64,000 bases of DNA, from positions 59,582,001 through 59,646,000 of the forward strand of contig NC_043009.1 of NCBI RefSeq assembly GCF_006345805.1, read 5' to 3'. Source of the stretch: Octopus sinensis. Taxonomy: Eukaryota. This document shows positions 39,009 to 50,440 of this stretch, in pieces (positions within the stretch are counted from its first letter, which is position 1; the number at the start of each line of letters is the position of its first letter). The position numbers were made by a program, and so were the translations under genes. Under the pieces are notes generated by a model. That model did no database searches. It was not told where the DNA came from and worked only from the letters and a program-made list of their open reading frames with translations.

Positions 39009-39638
39009 ATATACATGGTATATATGTATGATGATGATGATGATGACGATGATGAGAACTGGGGGGGGGGTCATTATAATCGACTTACCCCTCCCCACCG
39101 AAAATTTTTGGCCCTAGGCCAAAATTTGAAACCAATACAAGTACTGGTGTTTTTAGTCCTGCTATGAAACAGAACCCACAATGGCCTTTTTTTTTTTAGT
39201 ATCTTGGTATGGAGGTCAAACTGATCAGTTTCATTGCTATTTAATAATTCATCGTGATTCACTCACCTGCTGCAGATCATGTTTTTGCAGAGGGCTACTT
39301 ATTGAAATATAAATAAGTATGTGCCTGGGCACAAACTCATTTGCATAAGCGTACGAGTTTGACTGCTGGAAAATAATTACTGGCATACTAATAAAGCCTC
39401 GGTTATGAATAAATAAATGTACAGACTCGCTTCTATGCATATTTCGTCTTTCTGAGAAATAAGTCCCACAAGGGCCATTTTGGTGACTTCGTTACCAGGA
39501 TAATTTCACAGTTCTATGGTGTAGGGGTTAAGAGCACAGGCTACTAACCCCTAGATTCTTATTTCGATTCCAAGCAGTGACCTGAATAATAATAATAATA
39601 TCAAAAAATTACCTTAGGATTGGAGTGGTCAGGGAACT

Positions 39639-40036
39639 AGGTGTAGGAGTGGCTGTATGGTAAGTAGCTTGCTTACCAACCACATGGTTCCAGTTTCAGT
39701 CCCACTGCGTGGCACCTTGGGCAAGTGTCTTCTACTATAGCCTCAGGCCGACCAAAGCCTTGTGAGTGGATTTAGTAGACGGAAACTGAAAGAAGCCCAT
39801 CATATATATGTATATATTAGTGTGTATGTATATGTTTGTGTGTCCGTGTTTGTCCCCCAACATCGCTTGACAACTGATGTTGGTGTGTTTACATCCCCAT
39901 AACTTAGCAGTTCGGCAGAAGAGGCTGATAGAATAAGTACTGGGCTTACAAAAAATAAGTCCTGGGGTCGATTTGCTTGACTAAAAGGTGGAGCTCCAGC
40001 ATGGCCACAGTCAAATGACTGAAACAAGTAAAAGAG
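39639..40036 (+). mobile_element. SINE family A, full length, nested in the tRNA-head/hammerhead element
   Basis: Homologous to 5837-6250. Confidence 0.9.
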
Positions 40037-40071
40037 TAGGAATGAGAACCCAGGTTTGAAATTTCCCCAAG

Positions 40072-40115
40072 ATACCTGATGAAGGCTGGAGGGTATATCA
40101 GCCAAAATGTTGTGT
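40072..40115 (+). ncRNA. Hammerhead ribozyme motif decayed at two CpGs
   Basis: ATAC-CTGATGA-A-GGCTG(GAGGGTATAT)CAGCC-AAAA-TGT-T^GTGT. Restoring two CpG transitions gives CAGCC-GAAACGT-T. Stem II is a perfect 5 bp and stem I is atac/gtgt. Confidence 0.65.
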
Positions 40116-40176
40116 TAACAACAAATAAGGTCAGGACAAATATCCGTCAAATGTAAATAATGTACCTAATATGGAT

Positions 40177-40632
40177 AATTTCAGTCCACTATTTTATTTA
40201 TCCATGGAGCCATCGCGCATCTACGAAACTTCTTGCCACAGTAGATGAAACAATTTCGCTTTTTTCATGATTTGTTAAAGAAGGATAGCAAAAGTTTCTA
40301 TTCTGTAAATGATCTGCTTGATAGACCACCAAAGACAACTGGTTCCCTGACCATTAGATATGATCTGAAAATGTGAGGATCAAAATGTTAAACCTCATTT
40401 GTAACTTCAGGACTAGGATCCAACCAGACAATTTCACTCCAGCGTTTTATTTATCCAATGAGCCATCGCACATCTACGAAATTTCTTGCTATGGCAGATG
40501 AAACAATTTCGCTTCTTTCTTGGTTTGTGAAAAACGAATAGCAAGGGTGAGCACATTCTGCCTGGTAGACCATCAAAGACAACTAGTTTCATTGCTATTA
40601 AATCTGATCTGAAAATGTGAGGATCAAATTGC
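40177..40632. repeat. Old diverged tandem duplication (period ~253)
   Basis: aatttca...tttatttatcca..gagccatcgc.catctacgaaa...gatgaaacaatttcgctt...tgatctgaaaatgtgaggatcaaa occurs twice (starts 40177 and 40430). Confidence 0.8.
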
Positions 40633-41203
40633 TCTGCTTTGTTTAGCGATTATTGTACACAAATGAGTTTCATTTCATATCGTTGCTGTATAAATGTTAC
40701 AAATTGTAAATGAAAGACAATGATAGTACTCTATACACGGTACAGAGTTTGTTCATGTATTAAAGTTATCTATATGCACGTGTGAGGGGTGTGGATGGTC
40801 AATGGTGTATTTTACAGAAAGAGAGTCCACAGCAGACGATGGTAAGAAGTGGACCACAATGGCGAGAGGCGAAGTGTTGTTTGGTTTGTTATTGTATCAA
40901 GAGAAAAATATTGATTTTTCGTCTTCTAAGCCAAAATGAGATTGCCAAAGTACCAAGGTGAAGTGTGGCTCCTTTGTATAAAAGTAACATATTGATTTCC
41001 TCGTTCCATGGCAAGGAGTTTGGTTCCCATGAACAAGACACACTCACAGACAGACACACACACACAGATAGATAGCTGAATAGGTTCTCTGAAGTGTTAC
41101 GTTACCGTAATAGATTCAGTGTTACCGTTCCATCTGTCTTTGACTCATACCACTGCTTTGAAGTTTCTCAGTGTATTACTATCATTGTTGCTGTTATAAT
41201 GAC

Positions 41204-41249
<46 letters not shown>

Positions 41250-41262
41250 ACTATCATCATCA

Positions 41263-41303
<41 letters not shown>

Positions 41304-41921
41304 TTATTATTATTATTATTATTACTGTTATTTTCATGCATCCCAACATGCTTGCTTGCAATATTTTGTAAAAAAAAAAAAAAAAAATGGTGCTTGGTGC
41401 AAGGCCCCCAAAAAATCATTTTGTTGTTGTTGTTGTTATTGGTGTTATTTAGTAAGAGGAAGAAGGGAAAAAAACCCTTGATGCTTGTATCCTTCACACT
41501 CCCCATTTCCCGCCTCCCCCCCTTCTCCGCAGGCCGGTGAGTGAGAGATCAATACAGTCGATGTTCAGCTTGAACTTCTGAAGGTCAGTGTTGTCTGTAG
41601 GGCAGCAGACAGGTGGAGGGGCCGGGAGACGGCAGGGGATGGAGAGAGGGGGGGGGAGAAGCAGTTCCTGCGAGTTGTTGCAGTTCTTGGAAGGTTGCAT
41701 TGGTAAATGCACTTGCACATGCACACACACACACACATTCTCACACAGACAAACACTTTCATCATACACACATTTGAATATTTCCACACACACACACACA
41801 TGCAGATACACAAAACTAGAAATAGCAGCTAAATCTCTAGAAATGGCTAGAAATAACTACCATATCTCACTCATATCACAGAGCTTGTTGTCTTATAAAA
41901 ACAGGAAGGTCACATTGCATA

Positions 41922-42700
41922 ATGAGCTGGCAGAATCGGTAGCGTGCCAGGCGAAATGCTTAACGGTATTTCGTCTGTCGTTACGTTCTGAGTTCAAATT
42001 CCGCCGAGGTCGACTTTGCCTTTCATCCTTTCGGGGTCAATTAAATAAGTACCAGTTACACACTGGGGGTCGATATAATCGACTTAATCCGTTTGTCTGT
42101 CCGTGTTTGCCCTCTGTGTTTAGCCCCTTGTGGGTAGTAAAGAAATAGGTATTTCTTCTGTCTTTACGTTCTGAGTTCAAATTCCGCTGAGGTTGATTTT
42201 GACTTTCATCCTTTTGGAGTCAATAAATTAAGTACCAGTTGCATATTGGGGTCAATCTAGTTGACTGGCCCCCTCCCCAAATATTTCGATCTTTGTGCCT
42301 AGAGTAGAAAAGAATATTGTTCTGTTTCAAAGGCGGCGAGCTGGCAGAATCGTTAGCACGCCGGGCACAATGCTTAACGGTATTTCGTCTGCCACTACGT
42401 TCTGAGTTCAAATTCCACCGACGTCGACTTTGCCTTTCATCCTTTCGGGGTCAATTAAATAAGTACCAGTTACACACTGGGGTCGATATAATCGACTTAA
42501 TCCATTTGTCTGTCCATGTTTGTCCTCTCTGTGTTTAGCCCCTTGTGGGTAGTAAAGAAATAGAAATTCCACCGAGGTTAACTTTGCCTTTCATCCTTTC
42601 GGGGTCGATAAATTAAGTACCAGTTGCATACTGGGGTCAATCTAATCGACTGGCTCCCTCCCCAAAAGTTTTGGGCCTTGTGCCTGGAGTAGAAAAGAAT
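41922..42700 (+). mobile_element. Two consecutive family-B dimers (41922-42316, 42331-42700)
   Basis: Four copies of the core in tandem. Confidence 0.85.
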
Positions 42701-42900
42701 GTAGCCATAGGTACACTGTCTCTGAAAGCAAGCTAAACACTGGTGGAAAGCCTTTGATCATAGATCTACTCAGTCGTGGCTTGACCTGGGGCTAAACTAT
42801 GACAACACAATATTCATAAGCACACACTGACATTTTGCTACGTACACATAAACACAAACACATGTGTAATTTTGTGTGTGTGTGTGCGTGTGTATAGAAT

Positions 42901-43335
42901 AGATGCAGGCTTCGTTGTGTGGTTAAGAGGCTTGCTTCCCAACCATGTGGTCCTGGGTTCAGTTCTACTGCATGGTAGCTTGGGCAGTTGTCTGCTACCA
43001 AAATTACAAGTTGACCAAAGTCTCGTGAATGGTTTTGGTAGATGGAAACTGAAGGAAGCTGTCATTGTGTGTGTGTGTTAACTGCATGCATCCCTGTCAT
43101 GATGTCATGTGATTGTGCTACATGAGTGTCACTGTCAGACAAGGGGTGTTGTTTGTTTCCAGTCCTCCATGAAGAAATATGTCTGACCATCAGGAAATAT
43201 TACCTTTGCTTGGAAAACAAGGTGAGGGTTGGCAACAGGAAGAGCATCCAGGCATAGAAAATCTGCCCCCAACAAATTCCATCTGACCCATGCAAGCATG
43301 GAAAAGAGGGAGTTAAAGGATGATAATAATAACAT
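42901..43335 (+). mobile_element. SINE with family-A head/CORE region and an RTE-type 3' tail
   Basis: Family-A head, then gttggcaacaggaagagcatccag...catgcaagcatggaaaag...(gat/aat)n, a tail related to family C. Confidence 0.65.
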
Positions 43336-43510
43336 GTGGTATTGAGGTGGTCATTTCAATTCTTGGGCTGAGGTGGGCTGGGCTGGGTTGAGTTGGGTTT
43401 GGCTGGGTGGCACATGGTGTGTTCTAGAACAAGATGCTTCATTTCGCATCACTCCAGTCTACCAGCTCCCGTGGTAATATTTAAAAAATATTTTTTGTTT
43501 AAAATATTTT

Positions 43511-43690
43511 TTGTTTCAGTAATTTGACTGTGGCCATGCTGGAGCACTGCCTTTAGTCGAGCAAATTTGCCCCAGGACTTATTCTTTGGAAGCTTAGTAC
43601 TTATTCTATTGGTCGCTTTGCTGAACCGCTAAGTGATGGGGACATAAACACACCAGCATCGGTTGTCAAGCAATGTTGGGGGTGGGGGGA
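43511..43690 (-). mobile_element. SINE family A, 3' half
   Basis: Reverse-complement match. Confidence 0.8.
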
Positions 43691-44265
43691 CCAGCTGAAA
43701 TGCTGGTCACTGGTGCAGCTCCCTCTTTCTCTTGCCATCACATCTTTTCAGTTCTGGATGTTTTCAGTGTGAGGGTGCAGAGTTTTCTTCGGCTGAATGC
43801 CTTTCCTGACACCTACCCTTCCCTTGCTTCCAAGCGAGGTAATAATCCCTTTGTCTATCAAACATGCTTATACAGAGAACTAGAAAAAAAAGGGCACTGA
43901 AATGAGCCTTTTGTTTACAAAGACTGTAAAAACATGTCAAGACATGTCAAGGGGCCCAGACAGGCTTTCATAGTGGATCACAAGCGAATGACACATAGCG
44001 GATAGACAAGACGGAAATACAAAACCACTTACACAAACACACTTACACATACATGCAGACATTCAAACACATATAAGGAAAGAGACAGCAATGGAATGAA
44101 CAATTATTTTGTGAATTTCATTAGCTTAAAGCTGTTTCTGCTATAAGATGCAGTGAACACAGAGTTAAGTGCTTGAGTAACACCTTACAGCTTCATCAGA
44201 GCCTCAAACATGAAGAGCAATTTATTTTGGAAAACAAATACACTGTGTGTGTGTTTAAATATATA

Positions 44266-44363
44266 TGCGTGGCACCTTGGGTAAGCCTCTTTTACTATAG
44301 CCACAGGCCGACCAAAGCCTTGTGAATGGATTTGGTTTGATGGAAACTGAAAGAAGCCTGTCG

Positions 44364-44396
<33 letters not shown>

Positions 44397-44563
44397 CTGT
44401 GTTTGTGCCCCCAACATTGCTTGACAACCGATGCTGGTGTGTTTATGTCTCCCCAAAGAGACCAATAGAATAAGTACTAGGCTTCCAAAGAATATGTCCT
44501 GGGGCGATTTGCTCGACTAAAGACGCTGCTCCAGCATGACTGCAGTCAAATTACTTAAACAAA
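44266..44563 (+). mobile_element. SINE family A, 5'-truncated
   Basis: Starts at tgcgtggcaccttggg. Confidence 0.85.
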
Positions 44564-44785
44564 AACTATTTAAAAATATAAGATATGTATGTTATTTACC
44601 ACAGAAACTACAATGAAAAAAATATGAGAAAGATATGGTATATAATTTTTTTTTGGCAGGGATTCCTTGTGACATGGAATTATTTTTAAGGGTTATGCAA
44701 GGGTAAAAAGATTGAGAAACACTGCCCTAACCACTAAGCCATGTGCCTCCACGATGATGATAAGACACAGTAATAAATAAAATAA

Positions 44786-45035
44786 ATGTGCCCTTTTTAA
44801 AGCCTAGCCAGGCTCATGGGCCCGGTTTCCCGGTTTCTATGGCGTATGTGTTCCCCAGCTGGACGGGACGCCAGTCCATCGCAGTGTTACTCATTTTTGC
44901 CAGCTGAGTGGACTGGAGCAACGTGAAATGAAGTGTTTTGCTCAAGAACACTATGTGTTGCCCGGGCCAGGAATCGAAACCATAATCTTATGATCATGGT
45001 GCTGACACCCTAACCACTAAGCCACGTACCTCCAC
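44786..45035 (-). mobile_element. tRNA-derived SINE, head D + tail T1
   Basis: Homologous to 5537-5782 over its full length. Confidence 0.85.
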
Positions 45036-45209
45036 AATAAAACACGATACCAAGTGGTAAGCGGTCATGAATAGGGGCTGGTGGCTGCTGCTGTTGTGCC
45101 ATTGTCCATTCATTTCTGCAACCCAAACTTTCAAAGATGCCACACCCTAATCTAGCCACATCATCTCTCCCCTGTTTATACAACACAGAAAAGTAAGCCA
45201 TTAAAGTCT

Positions 45210-45625
45210 GGAGCTGGCAGAAACATTAGCACACCGGGCGAAATGCTTAGCCATATTTTGTCTGCCGTTATGTTCTGAGTTCAAATTCCACCGAGGTCAA
45301 CTTTGCCTTTCATCCTTTTGGGGTCAATAAATTAGGTACCAGTTACACACTGGGGTTGATGTAATCGACTTAATCCATTTGTCTGTCCTTGTTTGTCCTC
45401 TCTGTGTTTAGCCCCTTGTGGGTAGTAAAGAAATAGGTATTTCGTCTGCCGCTACATTCTGAGTTCAAATTCTGCCGAGGTCGACTTTGCCTTTCATCCT
45501 TTCGGGGTTCGATAAATCAAGTACCAGTTACGCACTGGGGTCAATGTAATTGACTTAATCCCTTTGTCTGTCCTTGTTTGTCCCCTCTCTGTGTTTAGCC
45601 CCTTGTGGGTAGTAAAGAAATATAT
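45210..45625 (+). mobile_element. SINE family B dimer (tail A + tail A)
   Basis: Same aagaaata|ggtatttcgtctg junction. Confidence 0.85.
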
Positions 45626-46589
45626 TAAAGTCCATGTCCTTTGAATTTTGTTGGTGCCAATGTTTCTCTTATGGTCTTATACAATGTTAAACAGCGCTGT
45701 AAGCTCTGGGTCTCTCATTCATAAGGCCTCTAATTTTTTATTAATCACCATTTAGCCATTCACCCCCCACTACACCACCACCACAACCACCATCATCATC
45801 ATTGTCACCATGACTACCACTGTTACTGCTACTGGTCATTATAGACACATAATACCATTACTGACTGTCTAATAGTTTCCGTGTGTGTCTGTGATTGTAT
45901 GTGTCAGTGTGTGTGTGTGAGTGTTTGAATGATTGTGTGTGTTTGTGTTTGTAAATGTTAATGTATGTGTGTCTGTGTGTGGTGTGTCTGTGTATGTGTG
46001 TGTGGGTATGTGTGTGTGTGAATGATCGTGTATTTGTGTACATGCCTATGCATGCTTGTTGATATATGTTATTATGTGTATGTGTGAATGCACATGCGCA
46101 TGTGTGTGTGTATGTGTGTGTGTACGTGTGTGTGTGTGTACGTGTGAGAAAGAGGGAGATTCAATGATTGTGTCTGTGTGTAGTTTGCGTGATTGTGTTT
46201 GCTTCTGAATATACGCACACCAGTATGCGTGTGCATGTATGTATGCGTGTATTAGCATGTGTGTGTGTATGTGTGTATTAGCATGTGTGTGTGTATGTGT
46301 GTATTGGCATGTGTGTGTATGTGCATGTACGTTAATGTATGTGTGTGTGTTCCTCTTTCTTTCATTTTTTATCATCCTATTTGTTTTGATGTGATTGGTT
46401 GTTCCACACACACACACGCACACACACGCAGACACACATGCACACACATACACACACACATGCATGCACACGCACAGCCGTTGCGCGTCTCCAGGGTGAG
46501 GCGAGGGCCGGTAGTGGTAGGGTCCGTTGTCGGCTTCATCACAGTAATTGATTAAATTAATTAGTTAATGGTCAGTGGGGTAGATAAAT

Positions 46590-46691
46590 GAAAGGATGAT
46601 AGAACAGGTGAACGAGCGAGCGAAGGATTAGATGTGTGAAGGAAGGAGAGGGCGAGAAATTGAATGAATTAATGAAAATGAAAGATTGAAT

Positions 46692-46728
<37 letters not shown>

Positions 46729-47940
46729 ATGAATGAGTGAGAGATTGATTGAGTGAATGAGAAATTGAATGAGTGTGTCAATGAATGTGTGAATGAGCAA
46801 GAAAATGAAGGAGTGAATGAAGGAATGGGTGAATGAAGAAGTTGGTGAGAGATTGAATGAGAAATTGAATGAATGCATGGATGAGAAATTGAATGAAGGA
46901 GTGAATGAGAGATTGAAGGAATGGGTGAATGAAGAAGTTGGTGAGAGATTGAATGAGAAATTGAATGAATGTTTGAATGAATGCATGGATGAGAAATTGA
47001 ATGAAGGAGTGAATGAGAGATTGAAGGAATGGGTGAATGAAGAAGTTGGTGAGAGATTAAATGAGAAATTGAATGAATGTTTGAATGAATGCATGGATGA
47101 GAAATTGAATGAAGGAGTGAATGAGAGATTGAAGGAATGGGTGAAAGATTGAATGAGAAACTGAATGAGTTTGCAAATGAATACATGAATGAGAAATTGA
47201 AGGAATGGATGAATGAAGGAGTGGGTACAACATGAATGAGAAATTGAATGAGTTTGTGAATGAAAAGATGAATGAGAAAGTGATTAAAAGAGTGAATGAG
47301 AGATGGATGGAATGGATGAATGAAAAAGTGGGTGAGAAGTTGAATGAAAAAGTGAATGAATTTGTGAATGAATACATGAATGAGAAAGTGAATGAGAGAT
47401 TGAAGGAATGAGTGAATGAAGGAGTGGATGAGAGATTGAATGAGAGTAAAATAATGTGCATAAGGAGTGAAAGTATGTAGGAATGAAGCAAATGAATGTA
47501 GAATAAAAAGAAGAGAAAGAAACATGCAAAAGAATGAAATAAAGTGATGAAGATTGAAAGAAAGTAAGGCATGAAAAATGGCAGAAACAAAGAAAGGAAT
47601 GAAAGAATGAGTAAATGAAAGAAAAAATGAATGAAAGAAAAGAAGGAAAGAACAAAATAGTGAATGAATGAAGGAACAATGGAAAGAAAGAAATTATGCT
47701 ATAATGAGAGGAAGAAAGAGATACAATGAATGAAAGGAAGAAGTAAAGAACAAAATAATGAATGAATGAAAGAATGAATGAAAGGAATATAGCAGGAATT
47801 GAGAAATAATGTAAAAAGGAAAACAGAGCTTTGTGAATGAAAAGAAGAAAGAAATAGAATGAAATAAAAGAAGAATAAAGAGCCAGAGAATGAAAAACAA
47901 AATTGAAAGAAAGAAGGAAAATGTTATTTTGAAAATAAGA
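46590..47940. repeat. Purine-rich (GAAT/GAAA)-derived satellite with a 108-bp higher-order repeat at about 46810-47150
   Basis: atgcatggatgagaaattgaat occurs at 46873, 46981 and 47089; almost no C on the plus strand. Confidence 0.9.
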
Positions 47941-48234
47941 TTTATCAAATTTTCATTTTTATTAAAGAAAGTCTAAAATTCCAAAACAAACAAATATGCT
48001 AATTTATTCAAATTATTTCAAATATGCTTTTTTTTGTTCCTCACTTGACATTTCCCTTGTTATTTTTGTTATTGTGGACTGATGGTGTTGGTGTTGGTGG
48101 TGGTGGTTATGGCAGGAAGGGCCGGGGAACGAGAGAGGATGACCATTCTAAAACCCTGCAAGCACCAGTTGCAGTCACTAGCCCTTTCTCTCTCTCTCTT
48201 TCTCTCTCACCAAAATGCACACTCAGGCATTCTA

Positions 48235-49200
48235 TAATGATGATGATGATGAATATAATTGTCGGTGGTGGTGGTGGTGGTGGTGGTGATGGTGATGGTT
48301 GTGGGACAGGTGGTGCTGGGAATGTTAATAAAGGTGGTGATGAAGTTGAAGACAGATGTTGGGGTCATGGCAATTGATAATGGTGGTGTTGGTGGTGGTG
48401 GTGGAGGTGGTGGTTGTGGTGGTGGTGGTGATAACATTCGTCTTTGGCTTAGCTAATTGTGTTAGGATGATGATGATGATGGCGATGACAATGATGATGA
48501 TGATGATGATAGCGATGACTATGATGGCAATGATGATGATGATGATGATGGCAATGATGGTGATAATGATGATGATGATGATGAGGATAGTGACAGTGGT
48601 GATGGTGACGATGACGTTGGTGGTTAACCGCAATCTGCCACACCTGTGGCAAAAGATGGAACCATGGTCATCCTGTCATTTGCATTCAAACATAGTGTAT
48701 CTAGGACTATATTACATAATGTGTCTATGCAAGTGTGCTTTTATTTTTTAATTTTTTTAAGACCATTGAGTGTGATTGAAGGAGATTCAGCTGCTGTTTT
48801 TAACAGGTCGAATGACTCCATAACAACTCCCTTTGTTGACTCGAGTACTTTTGGCATTATTGGTGGTGGCTGTGGGTGGGGTGGGGGAATGACAAAAAGG
48901 GAACGTGATGGTGGAGGTGGTTTTAAGTGTGAGAATATGATAATTATTATGATGGTGATGATGATGATAATGATGATGATGATGGCGGTAGGTAGTGGTG
49001 ATGGTGGTGGTGGTGGTGGTGATGGTAGTATGATGGCAATGATGATGATGACAGCAAGGATAACGAGGATGATGACAACAATGATGATGATGATGCTGAC
49101 AACAAGGATGAGAATGATGATAATGATGATGATAAGGATGATATTGGTGATGATAATGTGATGATGGTGATGATGATGGTGGTGATGATGGTGATGATAG
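48235..49200. repeat. Mixed (GAT)n/(GGT)n tracts
   Basis: Directly visible. Confidence 0.9.
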
Positions 49201-49900
49201 CACCAACAATTGCAATGTTGATGATAACGATGCCTGATTGCTTGATTCATTCAATTAATTTCATCTCAGGGTTTTTTTCTTTTTTAATTTTATTTCGTTT
49301 TTGCTAACCAAACTCTTGTAATGTTTGAAAGAATACAAAAACAGGGGAACAACGACAACCAACCAACCAAAAGAAAAAAAAATGGAGTGAATCATCACCA
49401 TCACCATCATCATCATCATCATCATCATCAGTGCTGATCATTAGGGAAACGATAATTATGGTGATAGTCATGCTATCATATCGAAAATATACAACCCAAT
49501 ATGATGAAGATGAGGGTGGCGGCAGCGACAGTGCCTCGGTGGTGGTGGTGGTGGGGTGGTGGTGGTGGTAGTAGCAACAGTAGTGTCTTTAGGGGTTTTT
49601 TACTGATTTCGTTGCAAAAAAAGGGGCTACGGATTTGTAAGGGAGTAAGGGAGGGGATGTCTAATCAATTGACTCAAGCCCCAGGAGGAATGAAAGACAA
49701 GCGTTAGTTGGGTGTTTTCACTGTGCCTCCCCTCACACACACATACACCCCCACACCCCCACTACACACTTCACCAGAAGAAGAACTGAACTCTTTCAAT
49801 TAATTCAACAGGTCTACCAGTGCTTGCTATTATGAATGGACCAATCTGTAGCACCCTTTTACGGCTTGGTGTACTGGGCCTTTTCAGAACGAAGTAGATA

Positions 49901-50252
49901 TAGACATGGGCATAGCTGTGTGGTTAAGAAGCTCACTTTGAAATTACATGGCTTTGGGTTCAATCCCACTACATGGTACCTTAGACAAGTGTCTTCTAGT
50001 ATAGCCCAGGGCCAAGCATTGCCTTGTGAGTGAATTTTTGTTGGAAACTGTGTGGAAGCCTGCCTTAGTCTTTGCACCCATGGTTGTCACCCACCCACCC
50101 CAACTGCTTGGCAACCACTTGGTTTGTTTACATCGCCATAACTTAGCAGTTCAGCAATAGAGACTAATAGAAGCAGTACCAGAGTTAATAATAACTACTG
50201 AGGTTGATTTGTTTGACTAAAAATGCTTAAAGGCTGTGCTCCAGCATGGTCT
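49901..50252 (+). mobile_element. SINE family A, diverged
   Basis: Recognisable head, CORE-like motif and 3' body. Confidence 0.75.
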
Positions 50253-50440
50253 GTCTCTGTACGGCACTGCATGTCAGTCCAGTCCATCACAAGGTCAACC
50301 TCCTAGCTACTGTTGGGAATCCTTTTTACCTGAATTGCATAATTCCTCATCTCTTAAATATAGAACTGAAGAAACCTCAATGTTTCTTATAATACATACC
50401 AAGACATACATCTTGAAGAAAAATTTATTCAGGAACCCTC

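Larger units (their letters stand above)
39515..40165 (+). mobile_element. tRNA-headed element (39515-39619) inferred to continue at 40037-40165 with a hammerhead motif; split by a SINE-A insertion
   Basis: A-box-like tggtgtaggggtt, anticodon-arm-like acagg-ctactaa-cccct, B-box-like atttcgattcc, then (aat)n. The 5-bp direct repeat tagga at 39615-39619 and 40037-40041 brackets the inserted SINE-A copy. Confidence 0.55.

Noticed and set aside
46817-47152. Coiled-coil-like repeat ORF (LNEKLNEC...)
   Set aside because: It arises from a 12-bp GAAT-derived satellite, and several overlapping frames on both strands are equally open.
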